Positions 38,001 to 47,462 of a stretch of DNA of 64,000 nt are shown here, in pieces. Each line of letters opens with the position of its first letter. Position 1 is the first letter of the stretch. The notes under the pieces are model-generated. The model was not told the origin of the DNA. It worked only from the letters and a program-made list of their open reading frames with translations, and did no database searches. The translations under genes were made by a program, and so were the position numbers. The DNA comes from Bacteroidota bacterium (GTDB taxonomy: Bacteria; Bacteroidota; Bacteroidia; Chitinophagales; JADIYW01), in NCBI GenBank assembly GCA_028288625.1, contig JAQBNI010000145.1, positions 16,963-80,962 of the forward strand, written 5' to 3'.

Positions 38001-38144
38001 GAAATGGTGAAGCGCATGGAAATGCTGGCAATCATGTATAAGGATGAGGAATTTTTAAAGCAGCTGAATACTGCATTTCCATCGTTGGTGCAAAGTGCAA
38101 GCATAGATAAAAACATGCAGCTTCCAATGCAGGCACCTCATTAA
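35049..38144 (+). CDS. DUF2723 (TMEM260-like) polytopic membrane glycosyltransferase-like protein
   Basis: N-terminal [31 protein letters not shown], about 11 TM helices, and a large C-terminal soluble region. Confidence 0.75.
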   Translation: [1031 protein letters not shown]

Positions 38145-38196
38145 GAGAATACATCTGAATTTTTCTATATATTTGTTTACATCAAAAACAAATCTT

Positions 38197-38574
38197 ATGG
38201 GAATGTTTAAAGAATTTAAGGACTTTGCTATAAAGGGTAATGTCGTTGACCTGGCTGTCGGTGTAGTCATCGGAGCTGCTTTCGGGAAAATTGTAACTTC
38301 ACTTGTCGATAATATTATTATGCCCGTTGTAGGAATTTTACTTCAGGGACATAATATTGCTGCTGCAAGTTTCAGAGTAGGAAATGCCGAGTTGAAATAC
38401 GGTGCATTTTGTCAGTCCATCCTCGATTTTATCATCATTGCTTTTGTAATATTCCTTGCGGTGAAGGGTATTAATTCTATGAGAAAGAAAGAAGCGGATG
38501 TTCCTGCTGCACCTGCTGCGCCAACAACGGAAGAAAAATTATTAACGGAGATCAGGGATCTTTTAAAGAAATAG
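38197..38574 (+). CDS. mscL: large-conductance mechanosensitive channel
   Basis: MGMFKEFKDFAIKGNVVDLAVGVVIGAAFGKIV. The ATG at 38197 is preferred over the upstream TTG at 38173. Confidence 0.9.
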   Translation: MGMFKEFKDFAIKGNVVDLAVGVVIGAAFGKIVTSLVDNIIMPVVGILLQGHNIAAASFRVGNAELKYGAFCQSILDFIIIAFVIFLAVKGINSMRKKEADVPAAPAAPTTEEKLLTEIRDLLKK

Positions 38575-38604
38575 TTTTTGTTCCCCAACTTTTCGAAAAC
38601 TATC

Positions 38605-38631
38605 GGCTGTTCGCAATGAACAGCCTTTTTT
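38605..38631 (+). terminator. rho-independent terminator of mscL
   Basis: ggctgttc-gcaat-gaacagcc-tttttt. Confidence 0.85.
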
Positions 38632-38835
38632 GTTAGAGAAATGCAGGTGTTATAAACTATCGACACACGCAAAAACATCAAGCAAGAATCCTTGTTTTGT
38701 TTGACTAAGAAAAAAAAGTAACGAAAGACGATTATAGTATGAATATGAATTTTGTAAAATGATATAATAATTTGGATATTATAAACTCGCCACTCAGATT
38801 TAAAAACTTCGTACCTTACACCCAAACCTATTCAC

Positions 38836-39570
38836 TTGAGCAAACAGCAGATCATTGCAGGCAGAAATCCCGTATTGGAATTACTTCAGTCAGGTAAGGA
38901 CGTGGAAAAAGTGTTGCTGTCCAAATCCGCATCCGGAGATGTGGTAAAGGAAATCCTGGAGCTTTGCCGGGACAGGGAAGTACCATATCAATTTGTTCCT
39001 GAAGTGAAATTGCAATCACTTTCAAGAGCAAACCACCAGGGTGTACTTGCATTTACAGGACTCATACAATACTTTAACGTCCAGGAGATCATTGATTTTG
39101 TTTTTGCAAAAGGTGAAGACCCGCTGCTGTTGATCCTGGAAAATGTTACAGATATCCGCAATCTCGGTGCGCTTGCACGAACGGCGTTAGGCATGGGCGT
39201 GCACGCGATCATTTTTCCAAAAAAAGAAAGCGCTGCGGTAAACGACGTTGCAGTAAAAATTTCTGCGGGAGCATTATTGAAAATCCCGCTTTGCCGCGTA
39301 GATAATCTTGCGGCTACGATAAAGGATATAAAGAATAACGGAATTAAAGTGATCGGTCTTGATGGAACTGCAGACCAATTTATTTATGAAGCAGCTCTTA
39401 AACCGCCACTCGCATTAATTGCAGGTTCTGAAGATGAAGGAATATCCAATACAATTGTGAGATTAACGGATCAGCTGGTGAAGCTGCCGATGAGTGCTGA
39501 ACTGGAATCCTACAATGTTTCTGTGGCTACTGCAATGGCGCTGTATGAAATAAATAACCAGAAAAAGTAG
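38836..39570 (+). CDS. rlmB: 23S rRNA (guanosine-2'-O)-methyltransferase, SpoU/TrmH family
   Basis: TTG start, NPV.E..., the N.TD..N.GA..RTA motif, LIAGSEDEGIS and SLNVSVATAM-like motifs. Confidence 0.75.
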   Translation: MSKQQIIAGRNPVLELLQSGKDVEKVLLSKSASGDVVKEILELCRDREVPYQFVPEVKLQSLSRANHQGVLAFTGLIQYFNVQEIIDFVFAKGEDPLLLILENVTDIRNLGALARTALGMGVHAIIFPKKESAAVNDVAVKISAGALLKIPLCRVDNLAATIKDIKNNGIKVIGLDGTADQFIYEAALKPPLALIAGSEDEGISNTIVRLTDQLVKLPMSAELESYNVSVATAMALYEINNQKK

Positions 39571-39675
39571 TTTGCAGTTGGCAAAGGGTAAGTTTGCAAT
39601 GCAGCAGATTAAAACAACCTCTGTGAAAACTAGGAGAAAGTTTGCCAACTAATCAATTGCAAACTGCCAACTGAT
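39571..39675. repeat. REP-like TTGCAGTTGGCAA / TTGCCAACT repeats between convergent genes
   Basis: tttgcagttggcaaag ... tttgccaactaatcaattgcaaactgccaactg. Confidence 0.6.
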
Positions 39676-40425
39676 TTATTTATTCGTTTTCACCAATTTA
39701 ATGATGCCAAAGTAATGCATCACGACTAAAACATAATAAGTCGGATCAAACTCGAACCATTTTTTTGCAAAGTTTGCAGATGCAGGAAATTTATGATGGT
39801 TGTTCTGAAATAATTCTCCCATTAATAAGATACCGAACGGTTCCGTATTCCTGGAGTTATCGTGGTTGTCAAAATTCTTATACCCGTATTTATGCCCGCA
39901 CCAGTTAACGATTGCGCCGTGTATCGGTCCCATTAAAAAATGAACGGGAAGCAACAGCATCCAGAAATAAGAAAGATCGAGTTGCCAGATCAGCAAAAGA
40001 TAAACTGCGATGTACACCAATCCCCAGCCGAGGCGCGTTGCATAATGGTCAGCAAAAGATTCGAATTTTTTCCAGACAGGAAGATCATAATAATATTTAG
40101 ATGCAGCAGAAATTTTATTGTTTGAGAATCCTGTATAGATCTCCTTTGTTTTTATCATCATCGAAAAAATATCCTTAAAAAAATGAGGTGAATGCGGATC
40201 TTCTTCCGTGTCGCTGAACTCGTGATGCATGCGATGCATCACAGCATAAGCGCGCGGAACAAGATACGACGGACCCTGAGATAGCCATGTCATAAAATGA
40301 AATATTTTCTCGCGTATTTTTCCCATGGTAAACATTTTATGAGAAGCGTACCTGTGGAGGAATGCCGTCTGGAAAAACACAGAAACAAACCAATGTAAAA
40401 TAAAGAGAAGTATAATATAGATCAT
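39676..40425 (-). CDS. membrane fatty-acid (acyl-CoA/acyl-lipid) desaturase
   Basis: Three His boxes: HRYASH, HRMHH and NNHHKFP. Confidence 0.8.
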   Translation of the reverse strand: MIYIILLFILHWFVSVFFQTAFLHRYASHKMFTMGKIREKIFHFMTWLSQGPSYLVPRAYAVMHRMHHEFSDTEEDPHSPHFFKDIFSMMIKTKEIYTGFSNNKISAASKYYYDLPVWKKFESFADHYATRLGWGLVYIAVYLLLIWQLDLSYFWMLLLPVHFLMGPIHGAIVNWCGHKYGYKNFDNHDNSRNTEPFGILLMGELFQNNHHKFPASANFAKKWFEFDPTYYVLVVMHYFGIIKLVKTNK

Positions 40426-40522
40426 AAAAGAGTTTTACTAAAGATAAGACAGAAATGTCGTCGGTTAGTTGACTTAAAACAAGTTATTAATTTTTTAAAG
40501 AGTGGTGGATTTTAGGTTTTTA

Positions 40523-40614
40523 GATCCTGAATCAAGTTCAGGATGACGTTAACGGCGTTGGGACGGCTTCGCCGTCCCAACTAAACTAGTGCATCCCAAA
40601 CTTGATTTGGGATC
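40523..40614. repeat. three palindromic REPs
   Basis: GATCCTGAATCAAGTTCAGGATGAC lies at 40523-40547, GTTGGGACGGCTTCGCCGTCCCAAC at 40557-40581, and GCATCCCAAACTTGATTTGGGATC at 40591-40614. Confidence 0.8.
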
Positions 40615-40626
40615 TAAAATCTTGAT

Positions 40627-41943
40627 TTACTTCGTCTCCTCTTTATCATCCTTCTTTTCCGGAACTGCTTTCTTTTTATTCTTATCCATTTCCTTTACGG
40701 CATCGCCGTCTTTCAGGTCTTTGGAAATGGTATTGTATGGTCCGGTGATGATCTTTTCATTACCGCTTAATCCTTCTGTAATTTCAATATAAGTATCGTC
40801 CTGGATGCCTGTTTTTACTTCCTTCGTTCTTGCTTTGCCATTATCATATACAAAAACAATTTCCTTTGTATGATTTGTGCCATTATATACAGAATCTTTC
40901 GTAGTTACCGATTGAATCGGAACTGAAAGTACATCATCCTTCTTCTTCGTTTTCACATCTACAGTTGCAGACATTCCCGGTAAAAACGGTTTCGGATTAT
41001 CCGCGAGCAAGTCCTGGTATGAAGATTTTAATATCCTGATCTTTACAATAAAATTTGTCGACTGATCAGAACTCGTCATCAGCGATGATGCACCTTTTGA
41101 GGTATTCGATACCTGCGTAACGAGCCCATCAAATTTCCTGTCGAGATATGCATCTACTTCTATAGAAGCTGTATCATTCAGCTTCACCTTTGTAATTTCA
41201 CCTTCACTCACATCCACGCGTACTTCCATGTTTTCGAAATTTGCAATGCGCATCATTTCCGTTCCACTCATCTGCAGTGTTCCCACTACTTTCTCACCCT
41301 TCTTTACATTCAGCAGTGAAATAATGCCATCCATCGGTGCATAGATCGTCGTTTTATTCAGATTTATTTTGGCTTCTTTGATCATTGCCTGCGTAGCCTT
41401 GATCGTAAAATCAGCAGCGTCCGCTGAATGTTTTGCAGCTTCCAGTTCAGCCTTTGCAGTCTTCACAGCGGTTTCCGCGGTTTCATAATCAGATTTCGAA
41501 ATGATCTTCTTTTGATATAATCCTTCACTTCTTGCGAATTGCGTTTGAGCGCTTTCATATTGCGCTTCTACCTGCACTATTCTTGATTTAGCAGTCGATA
41601 ATTGCGCTCTTGTATTGTCGAGTTGCGCTTCACTTTGCTCTACATTCGCCTGGTAGCTTTCCGGCTTGATGCGCGCAAGCAATTGTCCTTTCTTTACCAC
41701 ATCGCCTTCCTGTACAGTTAATTCAATGATTTCGCCCGAAACATCGGAACTGATCTTCACTTCTTCTTCCGGATATATCTTTCCGCTTGCAGTAACGGTT
41801 TGAATAATATCGCGTTTTGTTAGCGATTGAATTTCAACTTCCTTTCCGCCGCTGTTTTTTTTATTTTTTGCGAGTACAATCGCAACAATAATTGCAACGA
41901 TCGTGATCACTCCTAAAATATATAATAGCCTGTTATTTTTCAT
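40627..41943 (-). CDS. efflux periplasmic adaptor (HlyD/MacA-type membrane fusion protein)
   Basis: N-terminal TM anchor, a lipoyl-like motif (SGEIIELTVQEGDVVKKGQLLARI), a long coiled-coil hairpin and a beta-barrel domain. Confidence 0.85.
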   Translation of the reverse strand: MKNNRLLYILGVITIVAIIVAIVLAKNKKNSGGKEVEIQSLTKRDIIQTVTASGKIYPEEEVKISSDVSGEIIELTVQEGDVVKKGQLLARIKPESYQANVEQSEAQLDNTRAQLSTAKSRIVQVEAQYESAQTQFARSEGLYQKKIISKSDYETAETAVKTAKAELEAAKHSADAADFTIKATQAMIKEAKINLNKTTIYAPMDGIISLLNVKKGEKVVGTLQMSGTEMMRIANFENMEVRVDVSEGEITKVKLNDTASIEVDAYLDRKFDGLVTQVSNTSKGASSLMTSSDQSTNFIVKIRILKSSYQDLLADNPKPFLPGMSATVDVKTKKKDDVLSVPIQSVTTKDSVYNGTNHTKEIVFVYDNGKARTKEVKTGIQDDTYIEITEGLSGNEKIITGPYNTISKDLKDGDAVKEMDKNKKKAVPEKKDDKEETK

Positions 41944-41970
41944 CCGGATTATTTTTATTCATCGCTTTAA

Positions 41971-43410
41971 TTATTCCAGCGTTATTTTTTTTCCCTGGTA
42001 AAAATCAAGCACTTTTGTATTGAACAGATATTCGTATTTCGCCTGTGTAAGTTTGGATTCGGAAGTAGCAAGATTGCTTTGTGCAAGATTTACTTCCAGC
42101 TGATTAATGCTCCCTGCATTTAAGCGTTCCACTGCATAATCATAGGACTTACCGGAAAATTCAAAATTCTTTTGTGCCGCCCTATAGCCTTCTATTGCTG
42201 CCTGAGCGGTGAGATAAGCCTTCTGAATAGTATTGTACAGATTTATTTCGGTCAGCTTTTCTGTAAGAATAGAAACCTGGTAATTTAACCTTGTATTCTT
42301 TATCGCGGTTTGTACCTGGTATTTATTATAGATCGGAATATTCAATGCTAAACCGAGTGCGTAATTTAAATTCTGGTTGAGTTGTTTTGTATACGGATTC
42401 TTGCTTTGCTGCGTAACCGTTTCGGGAATGAAGACCCGCTGTAAAGTTCCTTCAACAAAGCCTACTGCTGTTGTATTTCCTGTAAGCACCTGCGATGTGA
42501 TCTTACTTTGACTTGAGAAAAAAGTATTCGCATTGGCAACAAAATTCAGCGTAGGGTAATATGCACCCTTTGCAATAGAGATTGCTCTTTTTGCACTTTC
42601 AATTTTGATCCTGCTGCTTTTTATTTCCGGTCTTAACTGTAATGCCGTTTCGAAGATCTGGTTCGGATCCTCTAAATTTTGAATAGGAAGATCTTTTGGA
42701 AGTTCCGGTATTTTAACGGTGAAGGTTCTCTTCGGATCAAGCTGTAAAATAAATTTGAGGCTGAGGTATGCAAGATCAAGTTCATTTTTTCTTTGAGAAA
42801 TAGTGAGGTCCTGTCCGGCGAGCTGCACGTCAATATCCACTAATGCTTTTTCCGCTGCGGCGCCCGCATCGATCAGTGCTTTTGTATGTTCGTATTGTTG
42901 CTGGGTAATTTTTTTCTGGTTGACAGCCTGCTGGTACTGCTCATTTGCATTCATGATATCGAGGAAGGTCTTTAAGATCTGCAATTGAATGTCACTCTTT
43001 ACAACTTGTTCATCAAATTGAAGTGCCTGCAGATCAAGCTTGCTTTTTTTTACGTTGTTCGAAGTGATCAATCCATCGAAAACAGGCTGCGTTATATTAA
43101 GGCTGTAATCATGGTAATGAACCAATTCCCGCGTGTACTCACTTGTAAAAAAATTGAAGTTGTTTCCGATCCTCAGATCATAATTGGAAGCAGCATTAAT
43201 ATTGGGGGAATAATTTAGTCTTTGCTGTTTTAAAGTAGCTTCACCCAACTGTATACTTAAGTCAGCTTGTTTGACCTGGATGTTATTCTGCAAAGCATAT
43301 TCGATACTTTTTTGCCAATCCCAAACTTCCTGCGCGCTGGATACCTGAGAAAATAAAACAAATAAGAGAATACAGTTAAGCTTAAAAATAAATTTCATTT
43401 GGTTTCGCAA
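41971..43410 (-). CDS. TolC-family outer-membrane efflux protein
   Basis: Signal peptide and two OEP repeats. It lies upstream of, and co-directional with, the adaptor gene. Confidence 0.8.
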   Translation of the reverse strand: MRNQMKFIFKLNCILLFVLFSQVSSAQEVWDWQKSIEYALQNNIQVKQADLSIQLGEATLKQQRLNYSPNINAASNYDLRIGNNFNFFTSEYTRELVHYHDYSLNITQPVFDGLITSNNVKKSKLDLQALQFDEQVVKSDIQLQILKTFLDIMNANEQYQQAVNQKKITQQQYEHTKALIDAGAAAEKALVDIDVQLAGQDLTISQRKNELDLAYLSLKFILQLDPKRTFTVKIPELPKDLPIQNLEDPNQIFETALQLRPEIKSSRIKIESAKRAISIAKGAYYPTLNFVANANTFFSSQSKITSQVLTGNTTAVGFVEGTLQRVFIPETVTQQSKNPYTKQLNQNLNYALGLALNIPIYNKYQVQTAIKNTRLNYQVSILTEKLTEINLYNTIQKAYLTAQAAIEGYRAAQKNFEFSGKSYDYAVERLNAGSINQLEVNLAQSNLATSESKLTQAKYEYLFNTKVLDFYQGKKITLE

Positions 43411-43533
43411 TTTTCAGACAATCAGTAGAAAATCTGTTGGTTTATTACACAATTGATTTTCATAAATAATATTTCCTCAAAAGTACATCTAAAAATTCTA
43501 TCTTCAACATTCATTAAATTTTTATTTGCCCGA

Positions 43534-43959
43534 ATGATAGATTTTGATAAATTTTTCATGCAGGAAGCCTTGAAACTTGCAAAAAATGCTTTTGATGAGG
43601 ATGAAGTGCCGATCGGTGCAGTAGTTACCTGCAACAATAAGATCATCGGTAAAGGCTACAACCAGGTAGAAAAGCTTAACGATCCGACAGCACACGCGGA
43701 GATCCTTGCGATCACTGCTGCATGTAATTTTCTCGACAGTAAATATTTAGATAAGTGTACCTTATATGTTACGCTCGAACCCTGCATGATGTGTATCGGC
43801 GCCGTCCGCGAAGCGCAGATTTCCAAAGTGGTGTACGGCGCGACAGATCACACGCATAAAAAATTACAGGAAAATTTATTTGAATTACAAGGCGGATTAA
43901 TGTCGGAAGAAGCTTCCGTTTTAATAAAAACTTTTTTTAAGAAGAAAAGATTATTATAG
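43534..43959 (+). CDS. tadA: tRNA adenosine(34) deaminase
   Basis: HAE and PCMMC zinc motifs. The MIDFDKFFMQEALKLA start at 43534 is preferred over the track start at 43453. Confidence 0.85.
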   Translation: MIDFDKFFMQEALKLAKNAFDEDEVPIGAVVTCNNKIIGKGYNQVEKLNDPTAHAEILAITAACNFLDSKYLDKCTLYVTLEPCMMCIGAVREAQISKVVYGATDHTHKKLQENLFELQGGLMSEEASVLIKTFFKKKRLL

Positions 43960-44427
43960 GTTTTCTTTTGAAGGAAAAACAAAATCCTTCTTTCTCACAT
44001 ACACTACTTTTTCTACTTCCGCAATCACTTCATTTTTTTCATTGAAAATAGAAGTTGAAAATGTAAAATCTCCTTTTCCATTTGTATCGATAAAAGTTTT
44101 TATTTCTGCGATCTTATCTTTTTCAATTTCAAAAGTTGCAGTAACTGTACCTTCGCCGGGTTTTTTAAATTTGATGGAAGCAGATTTGTCCCATACGATG
44201 TATTCTTTTCCGAGATTTTCTATCAATATAAACATATAAAACGGATCGCACATGCTGTACAATGATCCGCCAAAATGCGTTCGCACAAAGTTTCTATTGT
44301 ACCAGTGCATTTTCATTTGTACAGTGATCTTTGTAAATTCCTCATTGGCGCTTTTCACCGAAATGCCTGCACCGAGATACGGCGGATAAATATTGACGCG
44401 TTTTAAATTTTTTTTAAGCGATCTCAT
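43954..44427 (-). CDS. hotdog-fold protein (DUF4442-like thioesterase superfamily)
   Basis: 157 aa, with the pattern RNFV.THFGGSLYSMCDP and a beta-rich C-terminus. The assignment is tentative. Confidence 0.45.
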   Translation of the reverse strand: MRSLKKNLKRVNIYPPYLGAGISVKSANEEFTKITVQMKMHWYNRNFVRTHFGGSLYSMCDPFYMFILIENLGKEYIVWDKSASIKFKKPGEGTVTATFEIEKDKIAEIKTFIDTNGKGDFTFSTSIFNEKNEVIAEVEKVVYVRKKDFVFPSKENL

Positions 44428-44537
44428 GCATGTGAATTTAAATGACTATAATCGCTTGAAATTAACGTTTGAGTGTAACTTTTTGCCTTTAATCTATTTT
44501 ATTATAGTTTAAACAATTATTTTAGCGCCGTATACTG

Positions 44538-46151
44538 ATGAGAAAGACTATCACTATTTTATTTTCCCTTTTTGCCTTTACCGCAATTGCCCAACAGCTC
44601 AATTTTCCGTTGAACTATGAAATGCAAAACCGTTTGGAACGGTATATTTCCACTTCATCGCATTTTATTACCGGTGCTAAGCCATATAATATGGAGGAAG
44701 TGCAGTCAGCGATCGGTGATTCCGGGATGGTGGAGCTGGGCTTTGATATCGATTCGTCGAGATCAGGTTTCCGGTTTGGTCTTTTAAAAGGCGATCTGCT
44801 TTCCGTTTCTGCAAAACATAAGAAATTTTATTTTGCCGTTAACCCTGTTTTAGACATGCAGTTCGGTTATGACATCAATGAAAAAAAAATAAAATATACT
44901 GCAGGTTATGGTGTGAAGTTTGACGCAAACTTAGGGAAGCATGTTTCCATTTCTTTTACTTACCAGGGCGTGTCTGAAAATTATTTGCACCAGGTAGATC
45001 AATACGCAGTGCAATACGGCGTGCTGCCGGGTTATAGGAAAGCGACATTCAAAGGCAATACAGTAAACTCCCAGATGTTTTCCGGATATATATCACTCTC
45101 TCCGAATAAATTTTTTAACCTGCAGCTTGGAAATGATAAGCAGTTCTGGGGCGAAGGTTACCGCTCTCTTTTCTTAAGTGATAATGCATCGAATAATCCT
45201 TACCTGAAAATGACGACGAATTTCTGGCGCATTAAATACACGTACTTGTTCAATGTAATGCGCTACGGTCCGGTCAATGGTTTTAGTGTAGATAATAATC
45301 CTTCCAATTTTAAAACGAAATATGGCGTTTATCATCTGATCAGTGTGGATGTTGCCAAGTGGATGCAGTTTACTTTCTTTGAAGGGGTTACGTGGTTTCA
45401 TGAAGATTCGGGAAGAGTACGAGGTATTGAGTTCAGTTATATCATTCCTGTTGCATTTATTCGCCCTGTAGAATTTGGACTGGGTTCGCCTGATAATGTA
45501 GTGTTGGGAATTGGAATGAAATTCAAAGCTTCTGCCAAACAGATCTTTTATACGCAAATTATGCTGGATGATATGGACGTTGGTGCTGCGCGGAAAGCTA
45601 AAGGATTTTACAGGACAAAGGTTGCCGCGCAATTCGGCTATAAAGGCTATGATATTTTTCGGGTGAAGCATCTCGATTTCCAGACGGAATTCAACGTTGT
45701 GCGCCCTTATGTATATGCACATAAGGCACCGCAGCAGAGTTATACGAATTTCAATCAATCATTAACGCATCCGCTTGGAGCAAATTTTTTAGAGTCGATC
45801 ACCTTTATTAATTTCTGGCATAAGCACTGGACGGCTTCGGCAAAGTTTCAGTATGTTGTCCAGGGATTGGATAATTTGTATGAACATAACGGGAGCAATA
45901 TTTTTATTTCGGATTTCCTGATTGGTCCCGATCTGAATAAAGCTTATGGAAATTATTTTTTACAAGGGGTGAAGACAAGGTTGATCTCTGTTGAAGCCCG
46001 CGGCGGTTATCTCATCAACCCAAAAATAAATTTATCTGCAGAAGCTTTTGTGAACTACAGGTATCAAAAAAATATCCTGTTCAAGCAGCAAAACCTTTTC
46101 TTCGGCATCAGCCTGAGAACAAATATCTTCAACCGTTATACTGATTTTTAA
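44538..46151 (+). CDS. large outer-membrane beta-barrel protein (RemB/Wzi-like?)
   Basis: Signal peptide, strand periodicity throughout, and a C-terminal ..NRYTDF. The family assignment is uncertain. Confidence 0.4.
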   Translation: MRKTITILFSLFAFTAIAQQLNFPLNYEMQNRLERYISTSSHFITGAKPYNMEEVQSAIGDSGMVELGFDIDSSRSGFRFGLLKGDLLSVSAKHKKFYFAVNPVLDMQFGYDINEKKIKYTAGYGVKFDANLGKHVSISFTYQGVSENYLHQVDQYAVQYGVLPGYRKATFKGNTVNSQMFSGYISLSPNKFFNLQLGNDKQFWGEGYRSLFLSDNASNNPYLKMTTNFWRIKYTYLFNVMRYGPVNGFSVDNNPSNFKTKYGVYHLISVDVAKWMQFTFFEGVTWFHEDSGRVRGIEFSYIIPVAFIRPVEFGLGSPDNVVLGIGMKFKASAKQIFYTQIMLDDMDVGAARKAKGFYRTKVAAQFGYKGYDIFRVKHLDFQTEFNVVRPYVYAHKAPQQSYTNFNQSLTHPLGANFLESITFINFWHKHWTASAKFQYVVQGLDNLYEHNGSNIFISDFLIGPDLNKAYGNYFLQGVKTRLISVEARGGYLINPKINLSAEAFVNYRYQKNILFKQQNLFFGISLRTNIFNRYTDF

Positions 46152-46252
46152 GAACCTTCTACTAGTTCGGGTTTACGTCCGTCTGTAAAAACGTTAATAA
46201 AATTCCTCGTCTCTTTTATGGAATTTGACTCGCTTTTGTCTCTCAATAGAGC

Positions 46253-47362
46253 ATGAATAACGAATTATTTTATGGGATTGCTTTGCGCCTAATGAAGGGA
46301 GTTGGAGACGCAAATGCGAAAATGCTGATCAGCTATACCGGAAGTGCGGAAAACCTTTTCAAATTACCGGCGTCAAAACTGAAAAAGATCAACGGTGTTG
46401 GTCCGAAGACCGCAGACTTGTTCAAGGATACGTACGAAGTTTTGCTTCGTGCGGAGAAAGAATTAAAATTTATTCAGAAGCATAAAATAGAAACGATATT
46501 TTATTATGATAAGCGGTATCCGAAGCGTTTATTAAACTGCGGCGATTCACCTTTATTTATTTTTTGCAAAGGGAAATTCGATTTTAATAAATTGCGGTTC
46601 ATCAATATCGTGGGTACGCGCAATGCAACGCAATATGGCAAAGAATTAACGGAAAAACTGATTACTGAATTAGCGCAATATGATCTCAATCTTGTAAGTG
46701 GGCTCGCATTTGGAATTGATATTTGCGCACACATTGCTGCATTGAAATATGATATGCAGAATATTGGCGTACTTGCACATGGATTAGACAGGATCTATCC
46801 GGGTTCGCATAGAAGCATCACCGAAAAAATGCAGGAGAATGGTGCATTGGTCACAGATTTCCTGAGTGAAACAAATCCTGACCGGCAAAATTTTCCAAGC
46901 AGGAATCGCATCGTTGCCGGCATGACAGATGCCACCATTGTTATAGAGTCCGCGATTACGGGCGGCGCATTAATTACTGCAGACATTGCCAACTCCTATA
47001 ACCGCGATGTATTTGCATTTCCCGGCAGAGTACATGACGAATATTCTGCCGGATGTCACCGGCTCATAAAGCAACACAAGGCTGTTCTCGTTACTTGTGC
47101 AAATGATATCATTGAATTTATGAACTGGGATCTGCACAATGAAAAAGAAGTTCCGAAAATTATTCAGTCCCAATTGTTTATTGAATTGAATCCGCAGGAA
47201 AAAAAGATCTGTGAAATTCTTTCACAAAAAGAAAAAATATCTATTGATGAACTCACCGGTCAAATAGCAATTCCCCAAAGTTCTATCGCAAATATTTTAT
47301 TGCAATTAGAAATGAAGGGTGTCATCACTTCGCTGCCGGGCAAAATGTACAAATTGATATAA
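46253..47362 (+). CDS. dprA: DNA-processing protein DprA
   Basis: N-terminal SAM-like HhH region, a Rossmann core (VSGLAFGIDICAHIAAL ... GGALITA) and a C-terminal winged helix. Confidence 0.85.
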   Translation: MNNELFYGIALRLMKGVGDANAKMLISYTGSAENLFKLPASKLKKINGVGPKTADLFKDTYEVLLRAEKELKFIQKHKIETIFYYDKRYPKRLLNCGDSPLFIFCKGKFDFNKLRFINIVGTRNATQYGKELTEKLITELAQYDLNLVSGLAFGIDICAHIAALKYDMQNIGVLAHGLDRIYPGSHRSITEKMQENGALVTDFLSETNPDRQNFPSRNRIVAGMTDATIVIESAITGGALITADIANSYNRDVFAFPGRVHDEYSAGCHRLIKQHKAVLVTCANDIIEFMNWDLHNEKEVPKIIQSQLFIELNPQEKKICEILSQKEKISIDELTGQIAIPQSSIANILLQLEMKGVITSLPGKMYKLI

Positions 47363-47462
47363 GTCACGGTTCTCTTAACTACATACAACTACTCTAAAAC
47401 AGGTATTTTTCACGTTTTGACATGAAACTGCATCGTACTTCAATAAATTAACGGACAGGAAT

